The translations under genes were made by a program, and so were the position numbers. DNA of 64,000 bases from positions 21,366-85,365 of the forward strand of contig CAZBWU010000004.1 in assembly GCA_964496095.1 (NCBI GenBank), in the 5' to 3' direction. The notes beneath the pieces are model-generated. The model was not told where the DNA came from, made no database searches, and saw nothing but the letters and a program-made list of their open reading frames with translations. This DNA is from an uncultured Gammaproteobacteria bacterium. Lineage in GTDB: Bacteria; Patescibacteriota; Patescibacteriia; Magasanikbacterales; GWA2-37-8. This document shows positions 49,559 through 58,562 of the stretch, one piece after another; within the stretch, counting starts at the first letter, position 1, and every line of letters begins with the position of its first letter.

Positions 49559-49562
49559 GTGC

Positions 49563-49672
49563 GTTGTCATTCCGACCGAAGGAGCTTCTGCGATTGAGTG
49601 GAGGAATCCCTTAAACATATTATTTGCAAAAACTTAGTATAAGGGATCCCTCGACTTCGCTCGGGATGACAG
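49563..49672 (+). repeat. Dispersed palindromic repeat, family A (copy 2, longest)
   Basis: GTTGTCATTCCGACCGAAGGAG...GGAGGAATCCCTTAAAC...TAAGGGATCCCTCGACTTCGCTCGGGATGACAGC; internal inverted repeats GGAATCCCTTA/TAAGGGATCC and GTCATTCC/GGGATGAC. Confidence 0.6.
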
Positions 49673-49681
49673 CTTGGTATC

Positions 49682-49753
49682 GCCTTCGTAGTCCAATGGA
49701 TAGGATACCAGCTTCCGAAGCTGATGATGCAGGTTCGATCCCTACCGAAGGCA
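49682..49753 (+). tRNA. tRNA-Arg (anticodon CCG)
   Basis: GCCTTCG TAGTCCAATGGATAGGATA...anticodon loop TTCCGAA...GCAGGTTCGATCCCTAC CGAAGGC-A. Confidence 0.65.
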
Positions 49754-49765
49754 CGAGTTTAAAAC

Positions 49766-49796
49766 AAAAAACTCCCAAGTATTTAGGGAGTTTTTT
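49766..49796. terminator. Bidirectional rho-independent terminator (tRNA-Arg on the + strand, topA on the - strand)
   Basis: AAAAAACTCCC-AAGTATTTA-GGGAGTTTTTT with runs on both sides. Confidence 0.7.
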
Positions 49797-49806
49797 GTTT
49801 GTATTT

Positions 49807-52068
49807 TTATTCTTCGGTAGGAGTTTTTTCAGCTTCAGTTGGTGTGGTGTCTTCAGCTTCTTTTTTGAAATCACATTCTTTACTAGAGCATTTGATAACA
49901 CCTTTGGCCGCATAGACGAGCGGTTGTTTGCACTTAGGGCAGTATTCACCATTTGGTTTTTCCCATAACGCAAAATCACAGTCAGGGTATTTATTACAAC
50001 CGTAAAATGGCTTGCCACGCTTGCTTCGGCGCTGACAAATATCACCCTCGCCACACTTAGGGCATTTCATGTTCATTTTTACCTCAATATTTTTGATGTT
50101 CTTGCACTTTGGGTAACCAGAACAACCTAAGAATGGACCAAAGCGTCCGCGACGCAAGCTCATCGGTTCGCCACACTTTTCGCATTTTTCATTGGTGGCT
50201 TCCACCGCTTCTTGTTGCTTGGCTTCTTCGGGATTGAGAGATTTGGTGTGTTTGCATTCTGGATAATTACTACAAGCCAAGAATTTACCAAAGCGTCCCG
50301 TTTTGATAATCATTGGTGAATTACATTTTTCACAAACTTCATCGGACTTTTCTTCAGTCAGTTCTTTTTTGGAAATTTCTATTTCTTTTTTATCCAGGTT
50401 AGCTTTGAATGGTGCCCAAAAACCGCCAATGACTTTACGCCATTCTTTTTTGCCGTGGCCGATTTCATCTAGACTGTTTTCCATCTCAGCGGTAAATTGA
50501 TAATCAACCACATGTGGAAAATGCTCAACCAGTAAATCGTTAACTACGTAGGCGATATCATTTGGGAAAAACTTTTTTCGTTCATCTCGCGCGATATAGC
50601 CACGGTCTTCGATAGTGGCAATAGTTGGCGCGTAAGTAGAAGGTCGGCCAATCCCATAGGCTTCCATTTCTTTGACCAGAGTTGCGTCTGAATATCGAGC
50701 GGGCGGTTCGGTAAAGTGTTGTTCGGGTTTGAGTTCGGCGCAGGTCAGAGGTTCTCCGGTGTTTACTTTTGGTAGTAGATTTTCTTTGGTACGGTCAGGG
50801 AAAAGTTTGAGAAAGCCATCAAAAATAATTGTCTGGCCATTGGCGCGGAATGTGTAATTCTTATCGGAAGCAATATTGATGGTGGTAGCGTTGAGTTCGG
50901 CCGGCGCCATTTGGGTGGCGGTGGCTCGGCGCCAGATGAGATCGTAGAGCCTGAATTGATTTCTATCCAAGTATTGTTCGATTGACTGTGGAGTGTGACT
51001 GACTTCAGTCGGGCGGATAGCTTCGTGGGCTTCTTGAGCATTTTTACTTTTATTGTTATATTTTCTTGGCTCAGATAGTTGGTATTTTTTACCAAACTCA
51101 GTACCAATCAATTCTTTGGCTTCGGTCAGAAATTTGTCAGAGAGGTTGACGGCGTCGGTACGCATGTAGGTGATAAGACCAATGGCGCCCTTGGTGCCGA
51201 GCTCCACACCTTCGTAAAGTTGTTGTGCCAAGCGCATGGTTTGTTTGGCAGAAAAACCCAAGTGGTTATTGGCCTCTTGTTGTAATGTAGAAGTGGTAAA
51301 AGGAGGAGAGGGGAGGCGTTTGGTTTTTTTCTCTTCTACTTCGGTAATTTTATAATTACTTTTTGCCAAGTCAGCCAAAATTTTATCTACCTGTTCTTTG
51401 TTTTTTATTTCTAGTTTGTCTATTTTTTTATCGCCAATAGTATAAAGTTTGGCAGTGATTTGATCTTTGGTGTTTGTATTAAAAATACCATCAATACCCC
51501 AGTATTCTTCAGGGACAAAGGCTTTGATTTCTCGTTCTCGCTCCACTACTAGTCTCACAGCCACAGACTGTACACGGCCTGCGGAGAGGCCTTTGGCTAC
51601 CTTTCTCCACAAGAAGGGTGATAGTTCATAGCCAACCAGTCTATCGAGCACACGACGGGCTTGTTGGGCATCTACCATCTTAAGGTCCAAGGGGCGAGGA
51701 TTTTCGATAGCATGAATAATGGCATGTTTGGTGATTTCATGGAAAACAATACGCTTTGCTTTTTCCGGTTCTACTCCCAAGATACTGGCTAAATGCCAAG
51801 AGATAGCTTCTCCTTCACGGTCCTCATCAGTTGCAAATAGGATCGCGTCACATTTTTTGGCTGCCTCTTTGAGTTCCTTGGCAATCTTGGTTTTGTCTCG
51901 GCTGACAATATAGTGTGGTTCAAAATTGTGTTCAACATCAACACCAAGTTTGCTTTTCGGCAAATCTCGCACATGACCAAAAGAAGATTTAACAATATAA
52001 TCTCTGCCAAGAAATTTGGAAATGGTTTTGGCTTTGGTGGGGGATTCTACAATTACGAGGTTTTTCAT
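49807..52068 (-). CDS. topA: DNA topoisomerase I with C-terminal zinc-ribbon repeats
   Basis: TOPRIM N-terminus MKNLVIVESPTKAKTISKFLG, catalytic Tyr region, four CxxC...CxxC ribbons at the C-terminus; 753 aa. Confidence 0.95.
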   Translation of the reverse strand: MKNLVIVESPTKAKTISKFLGRDYIVKSSFGHVRDLPKSKLGVDVEHNFEPHYIVSRDKTKIAKELKEAAKKCDAILFATDEDREGEAISWHLASILGVEPEKAKRIVFHEITKHAIIHAIENPRPLDLKMVDAQQARRVLDRLVGYELSPFLWRKVAKGLSAGRVQSVAVRLVVEREREIKAFVPEEYWGIDGIFNTNTKDQITAKLYTIGDKKIDKLEIKNKEQVDKILADLAKSNYKITEVEEKKTKRLPSPPFTTSTLQQEANNHLGFSAKQTMRLAQQLYEGVELGTKGAIGLITYMRTDAVNLSDKFLTEAKELIGTEFGKKYQLSEPRKYNNKSKNAQEAHEAIRPTEVSHTPQSIEQYLDRNQFRLYDLIWRRATATQMAPAELNATTINIASDKNYTFRANGQTIIFDGFLKLFPDRTKENLLPKVNTGEPLTCAELKPEQHFTEPPARYSDATLVKEMEAYGIGRPSTYAPTIATIEDRGYIARDERKKFFPNDIAYVVNDLLVEHFPHVVDYQFTAEMENSLDEIGHGKKEWRKVIGGFWAPFKANLDKKEIEISKKELTEEKSDEVCEKCNSPMIIKTGRFGKFLACSNYPECKHTKSLNPEEAKQQEAVEATNEKCEKCGEPMSLRRGRFGPFLGCSGYPKCKNIKNIEVKMNMKCPKCGEGDICQRRSKRGKPFYGCNKYPDCDFALWEKPNGEYCPKCKQPLVYAAKGVIKCSSKECDFKKEAEDTTPTEAEKTPTEE

Positions 52069-52169
52069 AGCACAGATTTAAGCAGATTTTGAACGGATTT
52101 AGACAGATTAATGAGTGTGAGTTTGTCTAACGATAATATAAAAAAATGCAATTGTCAATCTAAGTCAAT

Positions 52170-53249
52170 TTATCTCAATACAAAATTCATCCCACCCAAG
52201 TTGCGAATCATACCTTTCATTTCCATTAAAATCATAGCGCTACTAATGGTAGAACTATCCAAACCGCTTGTTTTTATAATTACATCTATATGTTGTGGTT
52301 CTTTGGAAAGGCAGGTCAGAATTCCAGCTTCAGTAGGGCTGGAGGGTAAAATCTCTCGATTCTTAATAGTTTCAACTAATCCTTCAATATTAAAAGCTTC
52401 GGTAATATCTTGAGATTGGGTAGTTAGTTTAGCGCCCATTTTTATGAGGTTGTTTGGGCCAATGCCCGTGGGTGAATGAATTGGGTGTGGAATAGCAAAA
52501 ACTTCTCGGTTGTAATCTAAGGCGCAACGGGCAGTAATGAGAGCCCCGGAAGTTTCTGGAGCTTCTATGACAAGTGTGCCCAAGCTTAGACCGGCAATAA
52601 TACGATTGCGAGCGGGAAAAGAATATTGAGTTGGGGCAAAACCGGGAGGATATTCGGAGATAACAGCTCCGCCTGAATTGATAATTTTTTCTGCCAAGGG
52701 TTGATGAAAAGTTGGGTAGACACTACTTTTGTTGATACCAGTACCAAGCACAGCTACGGTTGTGCCGCCGTTATCAAGAGTGATTTGGTGCGCAACACCA
52801 TCAATCCCAAGCGCTAGACCGCTAATGATGACAAAGCCTTGTTTAGCGAGCGGACCGACAATATCTTCGCAAGCTCGTTTGCCATAAGAAGTAAATTTAC
52901 GGGTGCCGACTACGCCCAAAGTTGGTAGACCGTCAGCTGGTAATTTACCGCGAATAAATAATGTGTGCGGTGGGTCAGAAATTTCTTTGAGTAGTTTTGG
53001 GTAACTGGTTTCGTTGATAGAAACAGTTTCTATTTTTTCTTTCTCCAATCTCTCCATAATTTTCTCTATTGGATTGGCTTCGCGCCAAACCAAAAATTCT
53101 TGCGCAATATTTTCTTCCAGACCAGAGGGGATAAGGTCGCTAATTTCGGCTTCCCAAACATTTTTCAGATCAGAAAAATAAGCCGCAAGTTTTTGATAGC
53201 GGTTGTAGGTGATTTTTGGGAAGTGCGCCAAGGCGGCGTGGTATTTCAT
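52170..53249 (-). CDS. dprA: DNA-processing protein DprA (Smf)
   Basis: Rossmann-like core GVVGTRKFTSYG...IISGLALGIDGVAHQ and C-terminal winged helix. Confidence 0.85.
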   Translation of the reverse strand: MKYHAALAHFPKITYNRYQKLAAYFSDLKNVWEAEISDLIPSGLEENIAQEFLVWREANPIEKIMERLEKEKIETVSINETSYPKLLKEISDPPHTLFIRGKLPADGLPTLGVVGTRKFTSYGKRACEDIVGPLAKQGFVIISGLALGIDGVAHQITLDNGGTTVAVLGTGINKSSVYPTFHQPLAEKIINSGGAVISEYPPGFAPTQYSFPARNRIIAGLSLGTLVIEAPETSGALITARCALDYNREVFAIPHPIHSPTGIGPNNLIKMGAKLTTQSQDITEAFNIEGLVETIKNREILPSSPTEAGILTCLSKEPQHIDVIIKTSGLDSSTISSAMILMEMKGMIRNLGGMNFVLR

Positions 53250-53300
53250 GTATGTTAGCTTTTTAGGTTGTAGCTGGTTAGCTTATTAGGATTGTCCGTA

Positions 53301-53392
53301 TTGTCATCCCGAGTGAGGCCGTAGCCGACGAGGGATCTTTCCGAAAATTAGTTCTGTTAACGGAAAGATTCTTCGCCTTGCTCAGAATGACA
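53301..53392 (-). repeat. Dispersed palindromic repeat, family A (copy 3, inverted orientation)
   Basis: TTGTCATCCCGAGTGAGGCCGTAGCCGACGAGGGATCTTTCCG...CGGAAAGATTCTTCGCCTTGCTCAGAATGACAA is the reverse complement of the family A core. Confidence 0.55.
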
Positions 53393-53393
53393 A

Positions 53394-53927
53394 CTATGCC
53401 AGAGTTTGTAGTTCCTTAATAATATTTTCAGTCACCTGATTCAAAACCTTTTTTTCAGAAGCGGTAAATTTTCCTAACACAAAACTAGCTGTATCTTTAA
53501 TACCTCCTTGTTCGGTTGGAGCGACACCAACACGGATGCGAGTGAAATCTTGAGTGCCTAGATGTTCGATAATAGATTTTATGCCATTATGTCCGGCTGG
53601 ACCGCGATTAGTTTGGATGCGAGTTTCACCAAGCGGAATATCTTTGTCATCGTGAATAACAATAATATCTTTCATTGTAAGTTTATAAAAATCAAGAAGA
53701 GCTCGGACAGCTACGCCAGAATGGTTCATATATGTTTGAGGCATGGCCAAGACTACGCGTTTGCTGTCGGCTTCTCCTTTGGAGATCAAAGAGTTTGTTT
53801 TTTTGTTGAAGCTAAATTCTGGAAGTTTGTAGTAGGTAACCAGTTTTTCTAAAATTAAAAATCCGGCATTATGGCGAGTGTTTTCGTATTCTTTTTCTGG
53901 ATTGCCGAGGCCAACTATAAGGCGCAT
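53394..53927 (-). CDS. pth: Peptidyl-tRNA hydrolase. The likely start is MRLIVGLGNP; the track ORF extends to 53984.
   Basis: LIVGLGNPEKEYENTRHNAGF and HNG motifs. Confidence 0.9.
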   Translation of the reverse strand: MRLIVGLGNPEKEYENTRHNAGFLILEKLVTYYKLPEFSFNKKTNSLISKGEADSKRVVLAMPQTYMNHSGVAVRALLDFYKLTMKDIIVIHDDKDIPLGETRIQTNRGPAGHNGIKSIIEHLGTQDFTRIRVGVAPTEQGGIKDTASFVLGKFTASEKKVLNQVTENIIKELQTLA

Positions 53928-53943
53928 AAGAAGGTTTGTATGT

Positions 53944-54252
53944 TTAACTTCTATACTTATTCGGATTAAATTTCGTAATGTCATTTTGTAATTCCTGTAA
54001 CATTGATATTGCGTTGTCTATTTTTTTTGTGTCGTATCCGCTTTGTAAATAAAATTGCACAATATTATCTAGTCTATTTGAAAATTCGTGTATTCTTTGC
54101 ACCCCACGGTTGGAAAAATTTCTTAATCTACTACAATAAATTATTGTATTATTGAGAGCAACACCAATAATATCTCTAAGTTCATTATATTGATTTTCTT
54201 TAGATTTTAAAACTTCTTCCCGTTGCCCCCCCCAACTAAACCAGTCTCTCAT
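53944..54252 (-). CDS. Hypothetical small helical protein
   Basis: 102 aa, no TM, no recognisable motif; tightly packed between der and pth. Confidence 0.35.
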   Translation of the reverse strand: MRDWFSWGGQREEVLKSKENQYNELRDIIGVALNNTIIYCSRLRNFSNRGVQRIHEFSNRLDNIVQFYLQSGYDTKKIDNAISMLQELQNDITKFNPNKYRS

Positions 54253-54255
54253 ATA

Positions 54256-55674
54256 CTATTTTAAGTTTGTCACATTCCTTCGAAGTTTAGTTAATTTTAT
54301 CACAATTGGCGAAGCAAAAAAACCAAATCTGGCGCGCAGGCGATTTTGGATATAGTGCACGTACGAAAAGTGAATAGAAGTTTTGAATTTGATCATCATC
54401 TCAAATAGCGGTGGGTTGTTGTGCAATTGATGGAAGGATAAAATATCTGGATGGCGTGTACCCTTACCGCGAGAAGGGCGATGGTCTTTGGTCGCTTCTT
54501 TGAAAAATGTTTTTAGTTCATCTTCAGGTACAATAGTATGTCTTTCTTCCCAAGCGCGCATGATGAGCGGGAAAATTTGATGGATTTTATATTTGGTTTT
54601 GGCGCTAGTAAAAATAACAGGCGCGAAATCAAGATGGGGGAAGTCGGCATAAATCCTGTCTCTGAATTTGTTTCGGAATTCTTCCGTGCCAGCGCCGTCA
54701 CGAGATGGAGTGCCGCCTTGTTGGTAGTTTTCTATTAAGTCCCATTTGTTGACCACAATAATAGTGCTCCGAGTGTTTTCTCTCAGTAGCCCGGCTAATT
54801 GTTGATCTTGAGTACTGATAGGTTCGGATGCATCAAGAATTAAAAGTACAATGTCAGATTTTTTAATCATGTTTAAGCTCTTGCCAATACCAGCTCTTTC
54901 TAGTTCGCCATCAACTCGGGCTTTGCGACGGATACCAGCAGTGTCGACAAAAATTATTGGCTGTCCATCTACTTCTACGAGAGTATCGTGCGGTTCACGA
55001 GTGGTGTGTGCCAAACTACTAACAATCACTTCTTCTTTGCCAATCAAATCGTTAAATAGTGAAGACTTACCGACGTTGGGTTTGCCGATTAGAGCTACCT
55101 TGATAGGTTTTACATCTTTTAATTTCTTTGGTTTTTTGGAAGTTTTGGTTAAACGTTTGTAAATTTGATCTAACAAATTGCCGACGTTGGCGCCGTTGGT
55201 AGCCGAAATTGGAAATGGTTCACCAAGCCCTAGTTTGAGCCATTCGCCTTCGTGGACCATTACTCGTAATTTTTCACTGTCAGCTTTGTTGGCCACAAAA
55301 ATTATTTTGCTTTTATCTTTGATGAGGCGTTTAGCTATCTCTCTTTCTTGGGGGAGAAGTCCGGTTTGAGCGTCAACGACAAAAATAATCAAATCGGATT
55401 CTTTGATAGCCAGTTCGGTTTGTTTAACTATTTCATCTTCAAGTTCAATGTCTTCGGCAAAAGTAATACCGCCAGTATCTACAAGAGTAAAGTTTTTACC
55501 TCGCCAAGTCACTAGGCCAATATTTCTGGTACGAGTGGTGCCGGGAATAGTGGAGACAATCGCCTTATTTTCATCGATCATTTTATTGAAGAGAGTTGAT
55601 TTGCCAACGTTAACTCGGCCAACCAGGGCAACGGAAGGGAGTTCTTGGTCTATAATTTTTGCGGGAGTAGCCAT
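54256..55674 (-). CDS. der: Ribosome-biogenesis GTPase Der (EngA), tandem GTPase domains plus KH-like domain
   Basis: Two P-loops (VALVGRVNVGKSTLFN and VALIGKPNVGKSSLFN), two DTAG/DTGG motifs, C-terminal KH-like domain. Confidence 0.9.
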   Translation of the reverse strand: MATPAKIIDQELPSVALVGRVNVGKSTLFNKMIDENKAIVSTIPGTTRTRNIGLVTWRGKNFTLVDTGGITFAEDIELEDEIVKQTELAIKESDLIIFVVDAQTGLLPQEREIAKRLIKDKSKIIFVANKADSEKLRVMVHEGEWLKLGLGEPFPISATNGANVGNLLDQIYKRLTKTSKKPKKLKDVKPIKVALIGKPNVGKSSLFNDLIGKEEVIVSSLAHTTREPHDTLVEVDGQPIIFVDTAGIRRKARVDGELERAGIGKSLNMIKKSDIVLLILDASEPISTQDQQLAGLLRENTRSTIIVVNKWDLIENYQQGGTPSRDGAGTEEFRNKFRDRIYADFPHLDFAPVIFTSAKTKYKIHQIFPLIMRAWEERHTIVPEDELKTFFKEATKDHRPSRGKGTRHPDILSFHQLHNNPPLFEMMIKFKTSIHFSYVHYIQNRLRARFGFFASPIVIKLTKLRRNVTNLK

Positions 55675-55732
55675 ATCATTTCATTTTAAATCTCCACCGC
55701 CATGAGGCGGGGTCCCGCTGTAGCGGGATAAA

Positions 55733-57202
55733 TTACAACGCGTCTTCTCCTAGCATAATCACAATGTCCGGTTCGGGCGGACGTGCTTCTGTAGAGGTAT
55801 TGGCCTCAGTATACGCTATTTTTAGCCATTCTGGCAAGTTGGTCGTAAAAGGAGCCTTTAGTTTGGCTGCTAGGGTAGTTATTACCTTATCAGGCACGTT
55901 TTTATTAACAATATATATAGTAGTGTTAGCAATAGGTCTTTTGGCGCTATTGGCTAGATTGGAGATGAAAACTCCGTCTTTTTCTAGATCCTGTTTCTTT
56001 GAGGCTGCAAGACCAGCTCGCCAAGTACCGTTTTGAATATCTATTCTAGCGCTAGGGATAGTCATTGATGGTGCATTTGTCTTTGTTTCTGTTGGTGTAT
56101 AGAGAGCAGGTGTTGTCGTGCTATCAAAAATAGTATTAATAGAAGTTTCTATGTCTGAGAAATTGCCGGTTTTTGGTACAAGCAGGTAGGCACCCCCTTC
56201 GCCTATAATGGATTTTAAAAATCCATTTGGTGAATCATCTAAAACCAGAGTTTTAATTTGGTCCGTGTTTATTTCTTTAGCAAAACTAGCCAAAAACATC
56301 ATCTGACCAAAATCAACGTTTGTGACTATATGTTGGGAAAGAGACGAGACAATTTTTTGCAAAGTGAGAGGGTTGAGAAAAGTTTCGGTAGAGAGAAGTT
56401 TTTTCTTGAAAGCGGCTAAAACCATTTGCTGTCTTTTAGCACGAGCAAAATCCGAACCCTCGCCGTTTGAGCCATGACGGGAGCGGCTAAAAATTAAAGC
56501 TCTATCTCCATTCATATGTTGTGGACCAGCATCAAATATTACAGTCTGGTAAGAGTCGTTCTCTCCAGGGTAAGAACTATCTACAAAAGACCTCTCTACA
56601 TCGAGGTTTACTCCGCCGATTGCATCTATCAATTCTTTGAAGGCGGTAAAATCAACTCTGGCATAGTAAGGTATACTGATTCCAAAAGTTTCTTCAAAAA
56701 TTTTTCTGGCGTATTCTCCACCATTGCCAGACTGAGCCGCTTCACCAAAAGCATTGGCATTATTTATTTTTCTGACTCCATGTCCAGGAATTTTTACAGA
56801 AAGATCTCTAGGGACAGAAACCATGGAGACTTGTTTGGTGCTTGGTTTGATGCTTAAAATAATATTAGTATCGCTTAGGTAGGCTCCGTCATGACCGGGA
56901 CCGCCAATTCCCAAAAGTAAAATATTTATTCTGTCATCCTGCTGGCCGACCATCACATTGTCCGATTTGAAAATAAAATTTCTGACATTTTGTAAGAAAC
57001 CAATTTTTTTTGGTTTGAGTGTAAGCGGGTCATAATCAGACGCTCCTCCTGGCCATTTGGTCATATTATGGTTTCTGACAAGCAATACAACAATGATAGC
57101 TATGCCAATAAACAAAAATCCCAACCTTTTTGTTTTATTTTTAGGTGGGGGAGAAAGGGGTAAATCTTGAGGTTGTAGAAGGTTTATTTTTTGATCATCC
57201 AT
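55733..57202 (-). CDS. LytR-CpsA-Psr (LCP) family cell-envelope phosphotransferase
   Basis: N-terminal TM, ILLLGIGGPGHDGAYLSDTNIILSI...VSVPRDLSVKIPGHGVRKINNA LCP core. Confidence 0.8.
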   Translation of the reverse strand: MDDQKINLLQPQDLPLSPPPKNKTKRLGFLFIGIAIIVVLLVRNHNMTKWPGGASDYDPLTLKPKKIGFLQNVRNFIFKSDNVMVGQQDDRINILLLGIGGPGHDGAYLSDTNIILSIKPSTKQVSMVSVPRDLSVKIPGHGVRKINNANAFGEAAQSGNGGEYARKIFEETFGISIPYYARVDFTAFKELIDAIGGVNLDVERSFVDSSYPGENDSYQTVIFDAGPQHMNGDRALIFSRSRHGSNGEGSDFARAKRQQMVLAAFKKKLLSTETFLNPLTLQKIVSSLSQHIVTNVDFGQMMFLASFAKEINTDQIKTLVLDDSPNGFLKSIIGEGGAYLLVPKTGNFSDIETSINTIFDSTTTPALYTPTETKTNAPSMTIPSARIDIQNGTWRAGLAASKKQDLEKDGVFISNLANSAKRPIANTTIYIVNKNVPDKVITTLAAKLKAPFTTNLPEWLKIAYTEANTSTEARPPEPDIVIMLGEDAL

Positions 57203-57307
57203 AATTTTTAGAGTGTTAAGTCAGAACTGGATTATTTTTTTAGCGAATAATTAATTTTAACATAGAGAAGGGGTAAAAGCAACCTTGGAATTTATTAAAT
57301 ATTTTTA

Positions 57308-57337
57308 TTTTTTCTTTGACTCAAAACTATAAAATAT
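57308..57337 (+). promoter_or_regulatory. Sigma70-like promoter upstream of tRNA-Val
   Basis: TTGACT, 18 nt, TATAGT. Confidence 0.5.
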
Positions 57338-57371
57338 GGTATAGTTTGTCACAAGGAGGGTCGCTTTAAGC

Positions 57372-57445
57372 GGCCACTTGGCTCAGTTGGTTAGAGCGTT
57401 GCATTCACATTGCAAAGGTCACTGGTTCGAATCCAGTAGTGGCCA
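57372..57445 (+). tRNA. tRNA-Val (anticodon CAC)
   Basis: GGCCACT TGGCTCAGTTGGTTAGAGC...anticodon loop TTCACAT...CACTGGTTCGAATCCAGT AGTGGCC-A. Confidence 0.75.
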
Positions 57446-57510
57446 CATGAGATAAATTCTAAATTTAATTTTAGTATTTATAATTTAGCTCTTAGTATTT
57501 TATAAATCGT

Positions 57511-58017
57511 ATGTCCGTAAACTTAAATAGAGAAGATGCAAGCACGGGTGAGCTGGTTTTTTCTTGGACTGTTCCCGAATACGATCAGCATGATCGTAGT
57601 CGTCAGTGGTATATCATTGCCGGGGTGATTGGCGCCGGGCTCTTGCTTTTTTCTCTTATTTCTGGTAATTATCTATTTACCCTTATAGTGGTACTGTTTG
57701 GGATTATCCTGTTCTTGCAGGATATTCAACCTCCAATGGATGTTTTCTTCGGAATTACCGAGGCTGGCATCATTGTTGGAGATATATACTATCCTTTTAA
57801 AGACATTGTTAACTACTGGATAGTCTATAATCCACCGGGAGTAAAAAATCTGTATTTTACAACCAACAACATTCTCAAACATCGTTTACAAGTTCCGCTT
57901 TTGGACAATGATCCTCGGCCGATTAGGGATTTTCTTAATCAGTTTATTGTAGAGGATTTAGATCAAGAAGAAGAGCCTTTGAGCGACAGGTTGGGGAGAG
58001 TTCTAAAGTTGCATTAG
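57511..58017 (+). CDS. Hypothetical integral membrane protein
   Basis: Two to three predicted TM helices (IIAGVIGAGLLLFSLISGNYLFTLIVVLFGIILFL); acidic C-terminus. Confidence 0.4.
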   Translation: MSVNLNREDASTGELVFSWTVPEYDQHDRSRQWYIIAGVIGAGLLLFSLISGNYLFTLIVVLFGIILFLQDIQPPMDVFFGITEAGIIVGDIYYPFKDIVNYWIVYNPPGVKNLYFTTNNILKHRLQVPLLDNDPRPIRDFLNQFIVEDLDQEEEPLSDRLGRVLKLH

Positions 58018-58040
58018 GAATAGAAAAGATACGTCCTCGT

Positions 58041-58100
58041 GCCGACTTTGCTTCGGCAAAGTCGAGCATCCACGATTCTGTGCGAACAGAATCGGGATCG
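58041..58100 (+). repeat. Two-hairpin structured repeat, family B (copy 2)
   Basis: GCCGACTTTGC-TTCG-GCAAAGTCGAG CATCCA CGATTCTG-TGCGAA-CAGAATCG GGA. Both stems are preserved by compensatory changes relative to copy 1. Confidence 0.6.
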
Positions 58101-58120
58101 TTCAATGGATATGAAATCGT

Positions 58121-58360
58121 ATGTTCCAAATGTATATTTTGAAACTTATTGACGGGTCATATTATGTTGGTAGCACTGAGAACTTAGAAAAACGACTGGA
58201 TAAACATTCGAAAGGAAGGGTTAGTTCGACTAAGAGTAAGTTACCGTTTACATTGGTGTATGAAGAATCATTTGTGAGTAGGAGCGAAGCTCAGAGTCGT
58301 GAGTATCAGATTAAAAAATGGAAAAGTAGAAAAGCGATTGAAAGGTTAATTGGTAAGTAG
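58121..58360 (+). CDS. GIY-YIG nuclease-domain protein (small, UPF0213-like)
   Basis: YILKLIDGSYYVGSTENLEKRLDKHSKG matches GIY-x10-YIG...R...H; 79 aa. Confidence 0.7.
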   Translation: MFQMYILKLIDGSYYVGSTENLEKRLDKHSKGRVSSTKSKLPFTLVYEESFVSRSEAQSREYQIKKWKSRKAIERLIGK

Positions 58361-58369
58361 TATTAGTCC

Positions 58370-58441
58370 TCGTCGTTCAATGGATAGGACACTAGCCTGC
58401 GAAGCCGGAAATCCAGGTTCGACTCCTGGCGAGGACACAAT
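58370..58441 (+). tRNA. tRNA-Arg; the anticodon reads GCG by manual folding (unusual; needs confirmation)
   Basis: GTCCTCG TCGTTCAATGGATAGGACA CTAGC-CTGCGAA-GCCGG...CCAGGTTCGACTCCTGG CGAGGAC-A. Shares D-arm/backbone with the TCT and CCG Arg tRNAs in this window. Confidence 0.55.
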
Positions 58442-58562
58442 TTGTATTCATCAAGTTAAAGTTATACACAGCTAGGTAATACCTAGCTTTTGTGGTATAA
58501 TATTTGTGGTCAATAGTGTTTTTACTGTTGGCTGTGAACTATTTTATCAATAACTAAAACTT

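Noticed and set aside
49620-50054. Overlapping ORFs 49620-50054 (-) and 49624-49968 (+)
   Set aside because: They span the family A repeat, tRNA-Arg(CCG), its terminator and the 3' end of topA, so they cannot be coding.
50303-52010. Plus- and minus-strand small ORFs overlapping topA (50303-50500, 50672-50857, 50763-51107, 51079-51285, 51719-51913, 51789-52010)
   Set aside because: They lie entirely inside the well-supported topA coding sequence on other frames or the opposite strand, and have no motifs.
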